A DNA stretch of 64,000 nucleotides. Source: Centroscyllium fabricii. Lineage: Eukaryota. Position 1 is the stretch's first letter. Each line of letters begins with the position of its first letter. The stretch is from positions 63,178,001-63,242,000 of the forward strand of contig JBNRSN020000003.1 in the NCBI GenBank assembly GCA_051313645.2. Reading direction: 5' to 3'. The notes below the pieces were generated by a model that had not been told where the DNA came from, searched no databases, and worked only from the letters and a program-made list of their open reading frames with translations. Position numbers and translations under genes: made by a program. Positions 12,268 through 24,700 of this stretch are shown here, piece after piece.

Positions 12268-14284
12268 GTGAGTCTGCATTATTTTCAATTTAGCAAGTTA
12301 GAAGTACATGGTGTTCCTTTCTATAGCTAGTATATGTATAGGGTTGAGGAATGGATATATTGCCTCTACTTTAATCAATTTATTAGTCACTGTAAATTCA
12401 TAGAATCCACATTAGATATCTGAAATCATGAAGTTAAGCCAAGTATGTAGAGTGAAATGATTGGACTAGAGTTTGTACAACAAGCTATGTTCTCTACAAA
12501 ATTCAACTTTCTTCTTAAAGTTACTGAATTTGGTTATTGTTTGTGCCTCTTAATTCAAAAGTATGAGCTTAGAGTGCCTTTTTTGTATTTTTGTTGAGTA
12601 TATTTTCTGTATCTAGAGAGAGTAATGACTTGCATCAAAAACAAATTCTAAAACAAACAAATGAGTCTTCGCTTTGCTAGACTAGATCTGAAATGCACAA
12701 CATTCAAATGCAACTTAATTTGTGGTTGTGGAGCTTCATATGCATTATCTAGTTATCTTTAACATTTAATGAATTTGTCACATGTTTCAGAATAAAGTTG
12801 CAATAAGATGCATTTCATTATTCAAATTGTTTGGGGAACCTGTATTTTAAACAAAAAATAACCAGTCGATTCTTCATGGCAAGCGTGAAGCAATGCAATT
12901 TATATTCATTTTGGAAAATCAGTTAAAGTACTTTTTTTTTTAAATAAGTACTGATTCAGATATTTTGTGAAATATAATTTTAATGGAAGTGTAAATGATA
13001 TGGGAGTTTAGTCTATTAAAGTCTGCTTGCTTGGATAAAGTCTGTGAATCTATAATAAATACAGGATATGGAAAAATGGATGATGCCAGCTCTTTCTAAA
13101 TATCCTGGTTGCCACCTACATATTTTAAAGAAATTGGACTAAAACCATTCCAATGCATTTACTCATTTCCATTTTTATATAAAATTAGCTGCAGTTTGTC
13201 TTTTAACCTTTATTGAAATGTCTTGAAAGTAGTGTGACATTTGTTATGAATAACACAATTTGGCAATTTTTTGAAAATTAAATGTAATTTATTGATCTGG
13301 AAATGTTTAGTGCATAATGTGAATGTTTTGGGTGGGAGGGTTGGAAAGACTTCCTTTTGAACACCAAGTCAACAATTCCAGTTCAGGTACAGGTTTTTTA
13401 CATGTTAAAAATCAAATCCTGAAAATAGGTGAATCTGAGTTAAATGACATATTTTGACTTTAATCTTTCATTAAATTTAAACTGGCATTTAATCTGTCTG
13501 TACATCAGATTGTCTACAAGATGCACAAACTACATCCTCTTAATACAGGCATTTATGTGCTCAACGCAAAGCCTAAATAACTTTCCCCTGCCTCACCAAA
13601 GGAGCGGAGACCAATTGTAGCACCTTGCTGCCACCCTGGTTGATGCTGGCCAACTTGGCAATGGCCAGGATGCTACATTAATGGAATGGGGCAGCTATGC
13701 CACCATCTTGCATTGGTGTGAAGCAGTTTTTATGTGGCATTGATTCAAGGTGAACATTATAATTGAAGTCATTTGCATTTGGGTTTTTTCCTAGTGTTGC
13801 GAAACCTTCTGGAGAAGATAGCTTGTACAGCTTCAGCTGTTCACCAATTACAATACAACTGGGACTGGTGCAAAGCTCAATTTTTTAACTTTTTGAGGTG
13901 TTGAACTATGTTTAGCATTCAAGTTGATACTTGTACTGAAAGATCAGACACTCCCTGATGACTCCTTTCTAATTTAAATGTTTAAGTCCACCTTCTTTGC
14001 CTAATTAGTGCTGTTAGCAGACAGTATCAGTCCAGTATAATTGCAGCATGTGTTTTCTTGCTGAAGAGGGTAGCTAACTGAAAGTCACTTTCAACATCTC
14101 ACCAGCACAGAAGATTTTTATTCATATGTTCATAGCTAATATGACTTTGTTTTGCCCCATTTCAACTCAACAGAACCGTAATCTATAGTTTATCCAGTTG
14201 TAATCATTCAGATTTTCTCAGATTTGCCAACTGGGTGTGTTAAAACAGATACAACAGTTTTCTTGGTGAAATCTTAACAGTATT

Positions 14285-14692
14285 AGAAACATAGAAACAT
14301 AGAAGATAGGAGCAGGAGTAGGCCATTCAGCCCTTCGAGCCTGCTCCGCCATTCAATGAGATCATGGCTGATCATCCAAACCCAGTACCCCGCCCCTGCC
14401 TTCTCCCCATATCCCTCGATCCCTATCGAGCCTGCACTGACACACATCCCACCCTATCCCCGTAACCCCACATATTCAATCCCCCTAACACTAAGGGTCA
14501 ATTTATCCTGGCCAATCAACCTAACCCGCACATCTTTGGACTGTGGGAGGAAACCGGAGCACCCGGAGGAAACCCATGCAGACACGGGGAGAATGTGCAA
14601 ACTCCACACAGATAGTACCCGAGGCTGGATTTGAACCCGGGTCTCCAGTGCTGTGAGGCAACAGTGCTAACCGCTGTGCCACCGTGCCGCCC
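14285..14692 (-). mobile_element. HE1-like V-SINE, full length
   Basis: tRNA head, V-domain, CR1 tail with (TTTCTATG)n. Confidence 0.92.
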
Positions 14693-14707
14693 ATATTGGA
14701 ATACATT

Positions 14708-15404
14708 GGGCCAGATTTTGCTGTAGCATGGCATCTAATGTCATCTGCCGTTTGTTAAACTTGCCCCTGCACCCTTCAGCTCAAGTTGCTGAAAGTGCAA
14801 GCTGGTAATGGCGCAGCAAGGGAAACAGGACATCTGGGAACCTGGGTGTCACAGTTTTGTGGCAGCTAATGGTGAGGCAGACAGCGAGATGCAGTTTTCG
14901 GGCAGCTAACAGCGGAGCAGGACAGCACTTCTTGGATATTGGCATTTAACTGCACATCTGCTCCCCACCCGAAGTTGCTGCACCATTTATGCATAAGAAC
15001 AGAAGAAATAGGAGCAGGAGTAGGCCAATCAGCCCCTCGAGCCTGCTCCGCCATTCAACAAGATCATGGCTGATCTGATCCTAACCTCAAATCTACTTTG
15101 ACTCTCCATCCCGCCCGAGCCCATGTGATCTCCCGGGAGAGGCGAAAAACCAGATAAAAAACCCAGTGGCCAATTTGGGAGAAAAATCTGGGAAATTCCT
15201 CTCTGATCCATCTAGGCGATCGAAACCCGTCCAGGAGATCACTCTGGCCCTGAATTTCCTGCAAAACTTACCTTCTGCAAGAGATGACCAGGCCACACAG
15301 CCCCATGGCCCGCTCTGCCACCCACAGGAACATGGCCGATCTGAAGCTAGCATAAATAACGAGCGCCATTAGTCTTGCTGGTATTTTGACAGCAAATTTG
15401 CTCT
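14708..15404. mobile_element. Possible decayed Harbinger-type MITE carrying a CR1-tail insertion
   Basis: GGGCCAGATTTTGCTGT ... ACAGCAAATTTGCTCT imperfect inverted ends; no clear TSD. Confidence 0.35.
14992..15251 (-). mobile_element. CR1-type 3' UTR fragment with an extended structured domain
   Basis: CR1 tail plus GTGATCTCC...GGAGATCAC inverted segment; second partial copy at 17785-17945. Confidence 0.7.
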
Positions 15405-16690
15405 TCTCCCCCCTCCCCCCATAGCCACTATCTTAAAGTTGAATTTAGAAACTTAATCCCTAGCCTTTTGGCAACTCGCTCACATTCAGATGCTGAAAGA
15501 AACCCTGGTATTGCAGTAATAAAGCTACTGATGGCAGGAACAGCTTTATTTCATGAATAACCCTATGCTGCTTAAGAACACAGATTTAAATGGAATATTT
15601 TACATTTTGCCTGCTTTGTCTTCTCCTTTCCCTCACACACACTCCTTTGTTTTCCTCTCCTGTTATCTCCTGCCCTTCTCTTGAAGTAGCCGTCATTCGT
15701 GTTTAGGCCTTGCAGTAGATGCCACCAGATAGCGATTAGGAGTCGGAGCCTTGGTTGATTGACACAACCTTAACCCAAGAGCACCATGGCCAATTGAAGC
15801 AACCCTGACTGAGATCAGCTAACTGAACACAATTAAGAAAAGTCCATGGTTTCATTCCTGGTCTGTGTGGGTTGGTTATGTGCTGGGTAGACTTGTTGAG
15901 CTGCCATTAGGAAAGCATTTTTACTTTATTCCTAACTAATTTCTATTCTAACTTTATATATTTTTTTCTATATATATAAATACTTTATTTATCTGTGTTC
16001 CTGTGCCTACAGGGTCACCCTGTGCCTACAGGGTCACCCTGTACATTTCAGAGCTGGGACTGACATTCTAAAACTTGGCCTGTAGTTGGCTGAAAGCGAG
16101 CTCCACAAGTCTTGTTTTGTAACCAGTTGAGGATCATGAGCATGATGCCCATTTTAACTTTTGTTGGAATTTCACACAACACTTGATGAATAATCTCGTC
16201 AGTGGCCACAGTAGTTCCCCACCAAGGTTATTCAGTAGCCGTAATCCCCATCCAAAAAAGTCATTTTAGAAAAAAATCTTTTAATTCAAATCTCTTGCAG
16301 AACCCTTAGTGAATATAATGACCAGCATTGCAATCTTTCTCCACTCTGCATATCTAATTACACCAAATAAACGTCAACCATCGCTTTGCTCAGCGAAAGC
16401 CCTTTCAGGTACAATCTATGCTGTCAACTTCATCCATGCAATGATGGCTTGTCTAAGGCTACTAAAAGTATAGGTATTTTTATGATGTAGAACCCCAAAA
16501 CAGGGTTGGATTTAAACAAGAGTTATCAAAGGAACTAGTGTTGTACATTATTGTACAGTACTATATTGTAGGTGTGAATGTTTCATAGTATTTATATTGT
16601 TAGCTGGAGTACTATAGGTTTAATACATTATACTAATGTATATACATGCGAAAATGAAAACATTCTATTTTTATATCCTTCCTGTTCTAG

Positions 16691-16771
16691 GAAAGTGAGA
16701 GAGAATTGGAAGAGACTGAAGAATACAAGGAAGCCCAGGCCACAATAGAATCAATCAAACTAGAAGCATAG
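16691..16771 (+). CDS. TBCA: Tubulin-specific chaperone A, last coding exon
   Basis: ttctag|ESERELEETEEYKEAQATIESIKLEA*; matches human ENEKDLEEAEEYKEARLVLDSVKLEA. Confidence 0.95.
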   Translation, partial: ESERELEETEEYKEAQATIESIKLEA

Positions 16772-16980
16772 AACCTATTTCTTAATTATAATGTTTTGTT
16801 ATAAATGTTTGCACTGTGTCCATTCCATTTCTCCCCAATTTCAGTTTTAGGCAGTATGACTCTGCCATTATTATGCTTGGGCTCTGTTTGAATCCTGTGT
16901 AATCTGAGTCCTCTTGCATTGGGCAACAGACTGTATACCCAAACAAATTTTGTGCCACATCATGAAGTAATGAAATATTA

Positions 16981-16986
16981 AATAAA
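16981..16986 (+). terminator. Candidate TBCA polyadenylation signal (alternative at 17719-17724)
   Basis: AATAAA 210 bp after the stop with GT-rich sequence downstream. Confidence 0.55.
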
Positions 16987-17784
16987 CGTATGTGCTGACA
17001 ATGAATTGTCTTAATTTGTGTTTGCATCTGACACTAAAATACCTATTGCTAAGAGAGCCCTTCCATTTTAACTTGATGGATAAAGTGAGTGTGTATTTTG
17101 TGGTCTAGCAACATGTTATATTTCAGCAACTGCTACATCATTGGCCAAGCATGCTGACAATATTTCTGCTACGAAACAACTTGTCCAGGAACTGAGACAG
17201 CCTGCGACTGCTTTGTTGTCTGTTTTCAGGTGATTTGATAACTGTTGTACTACCAAAAGCACTTGGTATCAAAGTAAAAGTACCATGTAACTCAGTAGTC
17301 TAGTCTCAATCTGACTTATAAATATACTGCACTAAATATACTGCAGCCAGGATGTGCAAGACCACCTCTAGTAAGTAGTCTTGCATTGCGTAGCATAACT
17401 CCAGTCGAGTGCAAAGTCACGTACTCAAAAGTGCCCAGGTATTCCAGTGACCTGCTTGGGAACTCTATGGATCGTTTCACCAGCCTTCTCGGAAAATTAA
17501 TAACTTGAGAGTGGCACGTTGCACATTTGTCCAAGCAGGCAGGCATGTACACTGCCCCCTTCTCTCTAAGCTTAATGTAACCTGTTGAAAGGTCAGCTGA
17601 TGGTGTAACTTGTGTCTGTTGGCTTTGTGCTGCACTGTCGATATACTGGTATTTGTAATATAATGGCAGCCAGCACCTCTAGCACTACAGTTAGATTTGT
17701 AGTAGTAACAATAGTGTCAATAAAGTTTTTTGAGGGTTTTTTGTTTTGAATATTGCATCAGTTTCGAATAGTCCAGTTTAGAAC

Positions 17785-17945
17785 AGTGTTTTATCTGGTT
17801 TTTCGCCTCTCCCGGGAGATCACATGGTTTCGGGTGGGATGGAGTAGAGTTAAGGCTAAGATCAGATCAGCCATGATCTTGTTGAATGGCGGGTCGGGCT
17901 CGAGGGGCCAATTGGCCTACTCCTCCTATTTCTTATGTTCTTATG
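17785..17945 (+). mobile_element. CR1-type 3' UTR fragment, same family as 14992-15251
   Basis: Shared TTTATCTGGTTTTTCGCCTCTCCCGGGAGATCACATGG and CR1 tail. Confidence 0.75.
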
Positions 17946-18469
17946 TAGTCCAGACTCATTCTGTGACTCACTGGCAAACTTGCAGTAGGCGAGGTTATGT
18001 GCCCCATGAATATAATGAATTTTCTGAAAATTGGATAGTCAAATTAGGCAGGAGGTAGGTCACATGACCTATTAAAGTATTCAACTTCCCATCACACTTA
18101 AATATTTGTTTTAATTACAATCCCATATTAACCACTATTAATTATACTAAACAAGTGGTGTAGATTGAATGTGGAGGGCAATTTAAATAAACCTCCATTT
18201 GCTCTAGTAAAATCAACTACAATGCACTCCTGGAGGTAATCCTATTTCACAGCATAGCATATTCTCTAGTTACACAATAGCTGTTTTATATTTAACAGCC
18301 CTATAAGACTACAGCATAACATGAAATTTATCACACTATGATGGAAATATCAGCTAGTTTTCTGTTTCTTCCTCGACTCATGCTGCAAGTTGCTGTATTC
18401 AAGTTATTTTCAAAACCATTTGTGTCTGCTTTACATAGTTAAAGCAGCAAGACCACTGCTCATTTGGAA

Positions 18470-19020
18470 ATCATAGAATCATAGAAGATAGGAGCAGGAG
18501 TAGGCCATTCAGCCCTTCGAGCCTGCTCCGCCATTCAATGAGATCATGGCTGATCTTTAGCAAGCTAGTACCCCGTCCCCGCCTTTTCTCCGTAACCTTT
18601 AATCCCTTTAGCTTGAAGAAATATATCCAATTCCCTCTTGAATATGTTTAATGAACTGGCCTCCACCGCCCTCTGTGGCAAGGAATTCCACAGGCCCACC
18701 ACTCTCTGAGTGAAGAAATTCTTCCTCATGTCTGTCCTAAATGGCTTACCCCTTATTCTTAGACCGTGGCCCCTGGTTCTGGACTCCCCCGCCATTGGAA
18801 ACATTCTCTCTGAATCTAACCTGTCCAGACCTTTCAGAATTTTATACGTCTCAATGAGATCGCCTCTCAATCTTCTAAACTCCAACGAGTACAAGCCCAG
18901 ACTACATAGTCTCTCCTCGTAGGTCATTCCTGCCATTCCAGGAATCAGCCTGGTGAAACGCCGCTGCACTCCTTCCATGGCCAAGAACATCCTTCCTCAG
19001 GCGAGGCGACCAGAACTGTA
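18470..19020 (-). mobile_element. 5'-truncated CR1 LINE (HER1-like), ORF2 C-terminus and tail
   Basis: EGVQRRFTRLIPG...RRLRGDLIETYKILKG...FFTQRVVGLWNSLP; CR1 tail. Confidence 0.93.
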
Positions 19021-20472
19021 CTCTTTCACCAGTTTCTACTGAAAGCAGTGTTTGGGTCCTGCTAATTTAATATGAGGCTTCTAAGATGCCCATTGATATC
19101 TGGAGCAAGTCAATGATATCTCCTGTAACACAATGGAAACTATTTTAATAAAAAATCTTTTTTGTTAGCACTGTTGGAAATAGTGTTATTTATTGCACTC
19201 CTAACTTGCTTTTTTATTTTTAAACTGGTGCAAGAAATGAACATTCTCTATTTGTGCGAAAGTGAGATCCTAACTACAGTCAAACAGCGAAGGAAATCAG
19301 TGCCCCAAGGAATGAAACTCAATCTAGCGTTACAAAAGTTAATGAACTCAAGGCATAAAACATAAATGACCACCTTGTGTAAATGGGACATTAAAATTTA
19401 TTTTAATTGCCCTTAATAGTTGTGTTTTCCTGGACGTGTATTTGTTTCTATGACGGTAATTCTTGGGTATAATGAAACTCACTTTCACCTGAATGGTGAC
19501 CTATGGCTTGGGATGTTTTTTTCGGAATGTGGAAAGCGCTATATAAATGATTGTTAAACACCACGGAAGTGGCAGTGTGAGAGTGCATTTATACCGCAAG
19601 TTTAAGTGTGCGACGTGATTTTAGCTTCATACCGACTCGAAATTGTCGGTGTAACTCTGGAATCCGAGCCTTCCTGCCTCCTTGGGAAGCTGAGAGAGAT
19701 ACTCTGGACACAGCAGTTTGGCACTGCATGGAATACAAATCCAGTCCGGTGTCATTCCTGCTTTGTAAAGCGCTCGGGGTCCATTGGACTGACTCCCTGT
19801 GCACTTTGCAAACGTAGCTGACCTTAGTTTAAATGTTGTGAACGCAGATTCTTCCTCGACATCGCCAAATATTACATTGTTTTACCTGCTGGAAGAGTGA
19901 ATGTATCCGGAGAGAAGCGGGATGAAATTCTAGCCAAGCCGAGTAAACCGAAGCCGAGCTGGAGCCTGAGCCATGCAGTTGTAGTGGACATGCGCGCTGT
20001 AACTCTCGAGAGATTACCGAGGGCACTGAAGCAGGCCCCCCTCCAGGGAGCGCTGTGGCACGGTTGCACAGACTGCATTATAACTCCGGTCTCACTGTCG
20101 ATCTGTGGCCTAACATCTCCGCCCATTTTGAAGCTGTAATGGCTTAACATAATTTGACTAAAATTAGAATTTATTTTTCAAAACTGGTAATATGGACTAA
20201 TGAATCAGATATTTTACAGCAGAATTCTGTATGCATGTCAATCTCTGCAGGGTTAAGTGTTAAACTACCAACAATCATGAGCTTTCCTTTAATAAAATAC
20301 ATTATTCTGCCTTCATACTGGCGTGTGAAATAAACTTTTTTTAAATTAATAACGCCTTTTTACATGCCCATTTTACTCTGATTTCGATTTCCTTGTTAAC
20401 CACACGATTACTGCAAATAGTCAGTTATCGTTATACAGCAGAAAGAGGGCCGGCCCATCGCTTGTTGCGAGA

Positions 20473-20706
20473 ATAGAAACATAGAAGATAGGAGCAGGCC
20501 ATTCGGCCCTTCGGCCCTTCGAGCCTGCTCCGCCATTCAATGAGATCATGGCTGATCATCCAAACCCTGTACCCCGCCCCTGCCCTCTCCCTCGATCCCT
20601 ATCGAGCCTGCACCGACACATATCCCACCCTATCCCCGTAACACCACATATTCAATCCCCCTAACATTAAGGGTCAATTTATTATGGCCAATCAACCTAA
20701 CCCGCC
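20473..20706 (-). mobile_element. 5'-truncated HE1-like SINE
   Basis: 3' half matches 14285-14530. Confidence 0.85.
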
Positions 20707-21178
20707 TATAACCCGACTGAATAGGCGGTTATTTGCATTCCTTGGCTTGGAACACATTTAATGACACGAGTACATTTTGGACCGGACAGGCTATGTTGGA
20801 AGTACAGTAATGCATTGAGTGGGCAGAATTCATTATGACATTGATGAAAATTGCCACTATACTGTAAAATATGTTGTTACGATACATTATGGAAAGAGTG
20901 ACCAATGGTTAGTAATCCATGTTCTGGTAGTGCTTGGTGCTATAGAGGAGCTCATCCAAAACTCTGCTGCCCTGATCCTAACCAGCAGCAGGTCCTGTTC
21001 ACCCATCACCCCTGACCGACATTGGCTCCCAGCCCGGCAACGCCTCGATTTTAGAATTTCCATCCTTGTGTTCAAATCCCTCCATGACCTCAGCCCTCTG
21101 CCAATTCTGGGCTTCCTAAATATTTCCGCCTGTTCCCATCCTTTAAGTCTCTCCTTAAAACCTACTCTTTTTGACCAA

Positions 21179-21536
21179 TGTAAGAAGTCACACACCAGGT
21201 TATAATCCAACAGTTTTATTTGAAATCACAAGCTTTCGGAGCGCTGCTCCTTCGTCAGGTGAAGTGAAGAGATGCATATAGGCACAGCATATATAGTCAG
21301 GAAACAATGCTAGATGATTACAGGTAATCTTTCCAACTGCCCTTTATCACACCTCGGCAGAGAGATAATCACCGCAATCATAGGTGACCAGAGAGATATT
21401 CACCGCAATCATAGGTGACCAAACAGGTCAGTCAGCAAAACATTCCATCAAAGAACAATGAGGTGGGGTCACAAGAGGTCAAATGTTGCACAGGTTGTAT
21501 GAAAATCAAAAAACAAACCGCAATAACAAATGACCA
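21179..21536 (-). mobile_element. Penelope-like element fragment with an 11-bp target-site duplication
   Basis: TTTTTGACCAA at 21168-21178 and 21537-21547; contains a hammerhead core; end sequence shared with 53551-53570. Confidence 0.7.
21226..21262 (-). ncRNA. Minimal type I hammerhead ribozyme
   Basis: Minus strand: tcac CUGACGA a ggagc agc gcucc GAAA gc UU guga; intact core, helices I and II, palindromic AAGCUU in place of helix III. Confidence 0.75.
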
Positions 21537-21585
21537 TTTTTGACCAAGCTTTTGGTCACCTGGCCGAATATTTCCTTCTGGGATA

Positions 21586-21775
21586 ACCACAGAAAACGCT
21601 GGAAAAACTCAGCAGGCCAGACAGCATCGGTGGAGAGAGAAACAGAGTTAACGTTTCAGGTCCTGAAGAAAGGTCATCGACCTGAAACGTAAAAGAGTTC
21701 TGTTTCTCTCCTGCTGAGTCTTTCCCGCGTTTTCTGTTGTTATTTCGGACTTCCAGCCTCCGCAGTATTTTGCTA
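21586..21775. mobile_element. Penelope-like remnant in inverted arrangement with hammerhead core at 21663-21691 (+)
   Basis: Arms are reverse complements around 21660; CTGAAGA a aggtc atc gacct GAAA cgta. Confidence 0.7.
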
Positions 21776-24700
21776 TCGTATTTGCTTCTGGGGCTCGGTG
21801 TCCAATTGTGTTGGCGAACAGTTTGGGCCACTTCACCGCGCTGCCCAAAGGCCGGTTGTTCAGGTGGCTCCTACCTGCGCCTCTGGATGGGATGGGATGG
21901 GAAGGTCTTTGGATTAAATGGGAGGCTTGCAAACAAGAGTTTGGCCCCGCCCCGCCTTTGGTGACCTGTGGAATCTGACCAAGGAGAAATGGACCATAAT
22001 AAAAAGCACCGCAAAATCAGAAAGCGCATTCGATTCCCGCGTCCGAAGCGCGGACACAAATAAAACCAAACTAAATTCTTGGGCCTGAGCCAGGAAGTGG
22101 GTCACCTGGACAAATGCAAGCAAATTAGGTCAGTCCTAGCAAATCAATAGCCGAGCAAACCCTTGAAGGTAAAATGTTCAGAGCAGCAAAATTCAATTTA
22201 GGCAGAGCAGAGAATTGTGCAGGTTGGTTGTAGAATTGTGCAGGTTGGTTGTAGAGTTTACCAAGAACCGTATACACGGCTTGGCAGTAAGTCAATCCCA
22301 GAGGTGTCTACCAGCGAATTTCCGAGTTTGGGAAATGTGACTAGTTTTTTTTGGATGAACCCCCCTTTAAAATATTGTCTAACATCGCTTCCAGTGCAAG
22401 GTTTCTGAAATCAGAATGTCTTTTGTTTTTTTCGTTTGCCCCGACTCCCTCGCTAAACGTTTGGATTTTTTTGTTGTTTAAAAAGCAGCTTTTAAAAAAC
22501 TCCTGTTCTGCCTCATCCACAGACCCAGCCTCATTACCAGCGTTTAATGAGACCCCCGTACTCCGTGACATGCAGCCGCTCCATCTCATTAACGAAATCG
22601 CTCTTCAATGCTGATTATTTTATTTGGAGCCATAATTATATTTCTTTTGGCTGAATCACGATTTAATAGCGCGCACATTCGGGGGCAGAGCGCCCCTTAA
22701 TTGAAGGCTGCTTTGAGGCGGCGAAGGTTCAGCGCTGGTTGCGATGCGGGGCGGGGCGGAGGTTTCGAGTGTCTGATCCGGCGGAGTGACTCCCTCACAG
22801 CCCTGGCCCTCGGCAAAGGGAGAGAGAGAGAGAGAAAAAACATCCACACAAACAACTTATTACTTCTAATTCATGAACTGTCTGCGCTCTCACAAAATCA
22901 CCTGCACGAAACAAGAATCTAATTTGTTAACCTGGCATTTCTGTAGATGGAAGATCGATTTTCTCTTTAGAATTCTCTAATTGAGTGAATATAGACGCCC
23001 GAATTAGCTCAGTTGGAAAAAAAGTCAACAAAAATCATCCTTGTAAAATAAGCCATATTACCTCTGGAATAGCCAAATAATAAATGAACGCGGATCGAAA
23101 GGTCCCTGATTGAATGACAGTCATATTCTGGAACTAACTGGGTTTTAAAAAGCAAAGCTGGGCACGGTGTTAGAATACTAACTAACCGAGCTGAGAAATG
23201 CTGCAATTACATTTGTTTTCTTGTGATATTATTAAAAGTCTATCCCCCATCTCCAGAGTGCGTGAAAATATCTACTTTCCACTCAGATACACCGCATTAA
23301 CTTGTTCGAGGCGAATTTGTTTGTTTGTCTATTTTTATTTATTTGGGGAAAAGATTGATGTGTTGTTATTATCAGTATCTTGTTAAGAAGCAAATTGAGG
23401 GAGAAAGGACGCTGCCGGCGCTACTTTCAAGTTTTTACCCAGTTAATGTATTTTTTTTTAAACATTTTTTTTAAAAAAGAAAGGATTAACATTTCTGATC
23501 GTTTTATATTTACTTCTCTGCGGTTGTTTACTTTCCTGGTTTTTGCATAAAATAAATTTTAAAAGCCCCCCCCCCCCCCCCCCCCCAATCACTGGCTTGT
23601 TTTATATAACTGAATGACACAGGAAAGCATCGCTCTAATTTGCCGGCGAATTAAAATTGATTCTACTCATCAGGCAAGAAAATAAGAAAATGTGCGATCG
23701 TTAATTATTGCAGTGGACTCTTCGTTTCAAACGCCAGGGGTCGGAATAAGCATTTTTTTTTAAATAAAAAATAAAATTAAACATGGAATCAAACCAGGCG
23801 AATGGGCAAAGACGATGAAGAAATCGCTAAATATCTGACTGAACGCATGGGCGATTTCTGGAACTCTTACAACAGTTTATAATCCGTTTATTAGTGTGAA
23901 TTATTTGCAGGCCATTTATCAGTAAGACATTGCTAATACATGTATCCAGTCAGGAAATATATATACAACACGGATATACCACGCTCAACATATTTAAACT
24001 GAAGTCCTTTTATTTATAAGGCCTTTTTTTTCCAATTACATTTGGCCAATAACATTTCAAAATTAATTGTTTCCAAGGTGCGTGACCAATATTTACAGGT
24101 TTGATGCTTATTTACGTTTAACTAGAAGGTATAATATTTACAATTAATTATGTCTTGTGTCGCTTTGTAGACTTCACACCATTCGAAATTTAGTTGGCCG
24201 GAATTTATGAAACATCAGACTGTTAACTTTTATGAGTACATATGTTAAAAATAACCCAGAATAGCGGGAGTAATTTACAATATACACCAATCGGTCATTT
24301 TAACCCGTTTTAACAAATTTAGCTTCTCGTCGTCACCAGATAGGAGCACAAGTAAACGGAAATATTGCAACAAAAAAAACTCAAGAAAAATAATACTGGC
24401 AAATGTCTGGTTTCCGTACCTTTAATAAAAACAATCTGGGAGAGTTTATGTTCAGCGCCAGCCTTATGTCTCTAGTTTAGTTGCTCACCGCGTGGTGTTT
24501 GGATAAAATTGAATCTTTGTGTTCCACAAGAAACAAACTCAGTAAATAAATTATATTACGAGCAACCAATATGTTTTCAGGCAGTGACTTCACTGCTGCC
24601 GTTGGTGGGACTAACAATCTTGAGAGCTATTTGAAATGTGCTGAGCCTTTCTATAAACAACCCCCCCACCCCTCCCTTGTTTTTCCCCGGGTCCTTTGAA

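Larger units (their letters stand above)
20940..21575 (+). mobile_element. Decayed L2 3' fragment interrupted by a Penelope-like insertion
   Basis: LIQNSAALILT...ITP..HWLPARQRLDFRISILVFKSLH; resumes at TGACCAAGCTTTTGGTCAC. Confidence 0.75.

Noticed and set aside
16000-16042. Short tandem duplications (19 bp here; similar at 8219, 21360, 22211) and a 50-bp dispersed duplicate at 45384/46121
   Set aside because: Ordinary slippage or repair products with no sign of function
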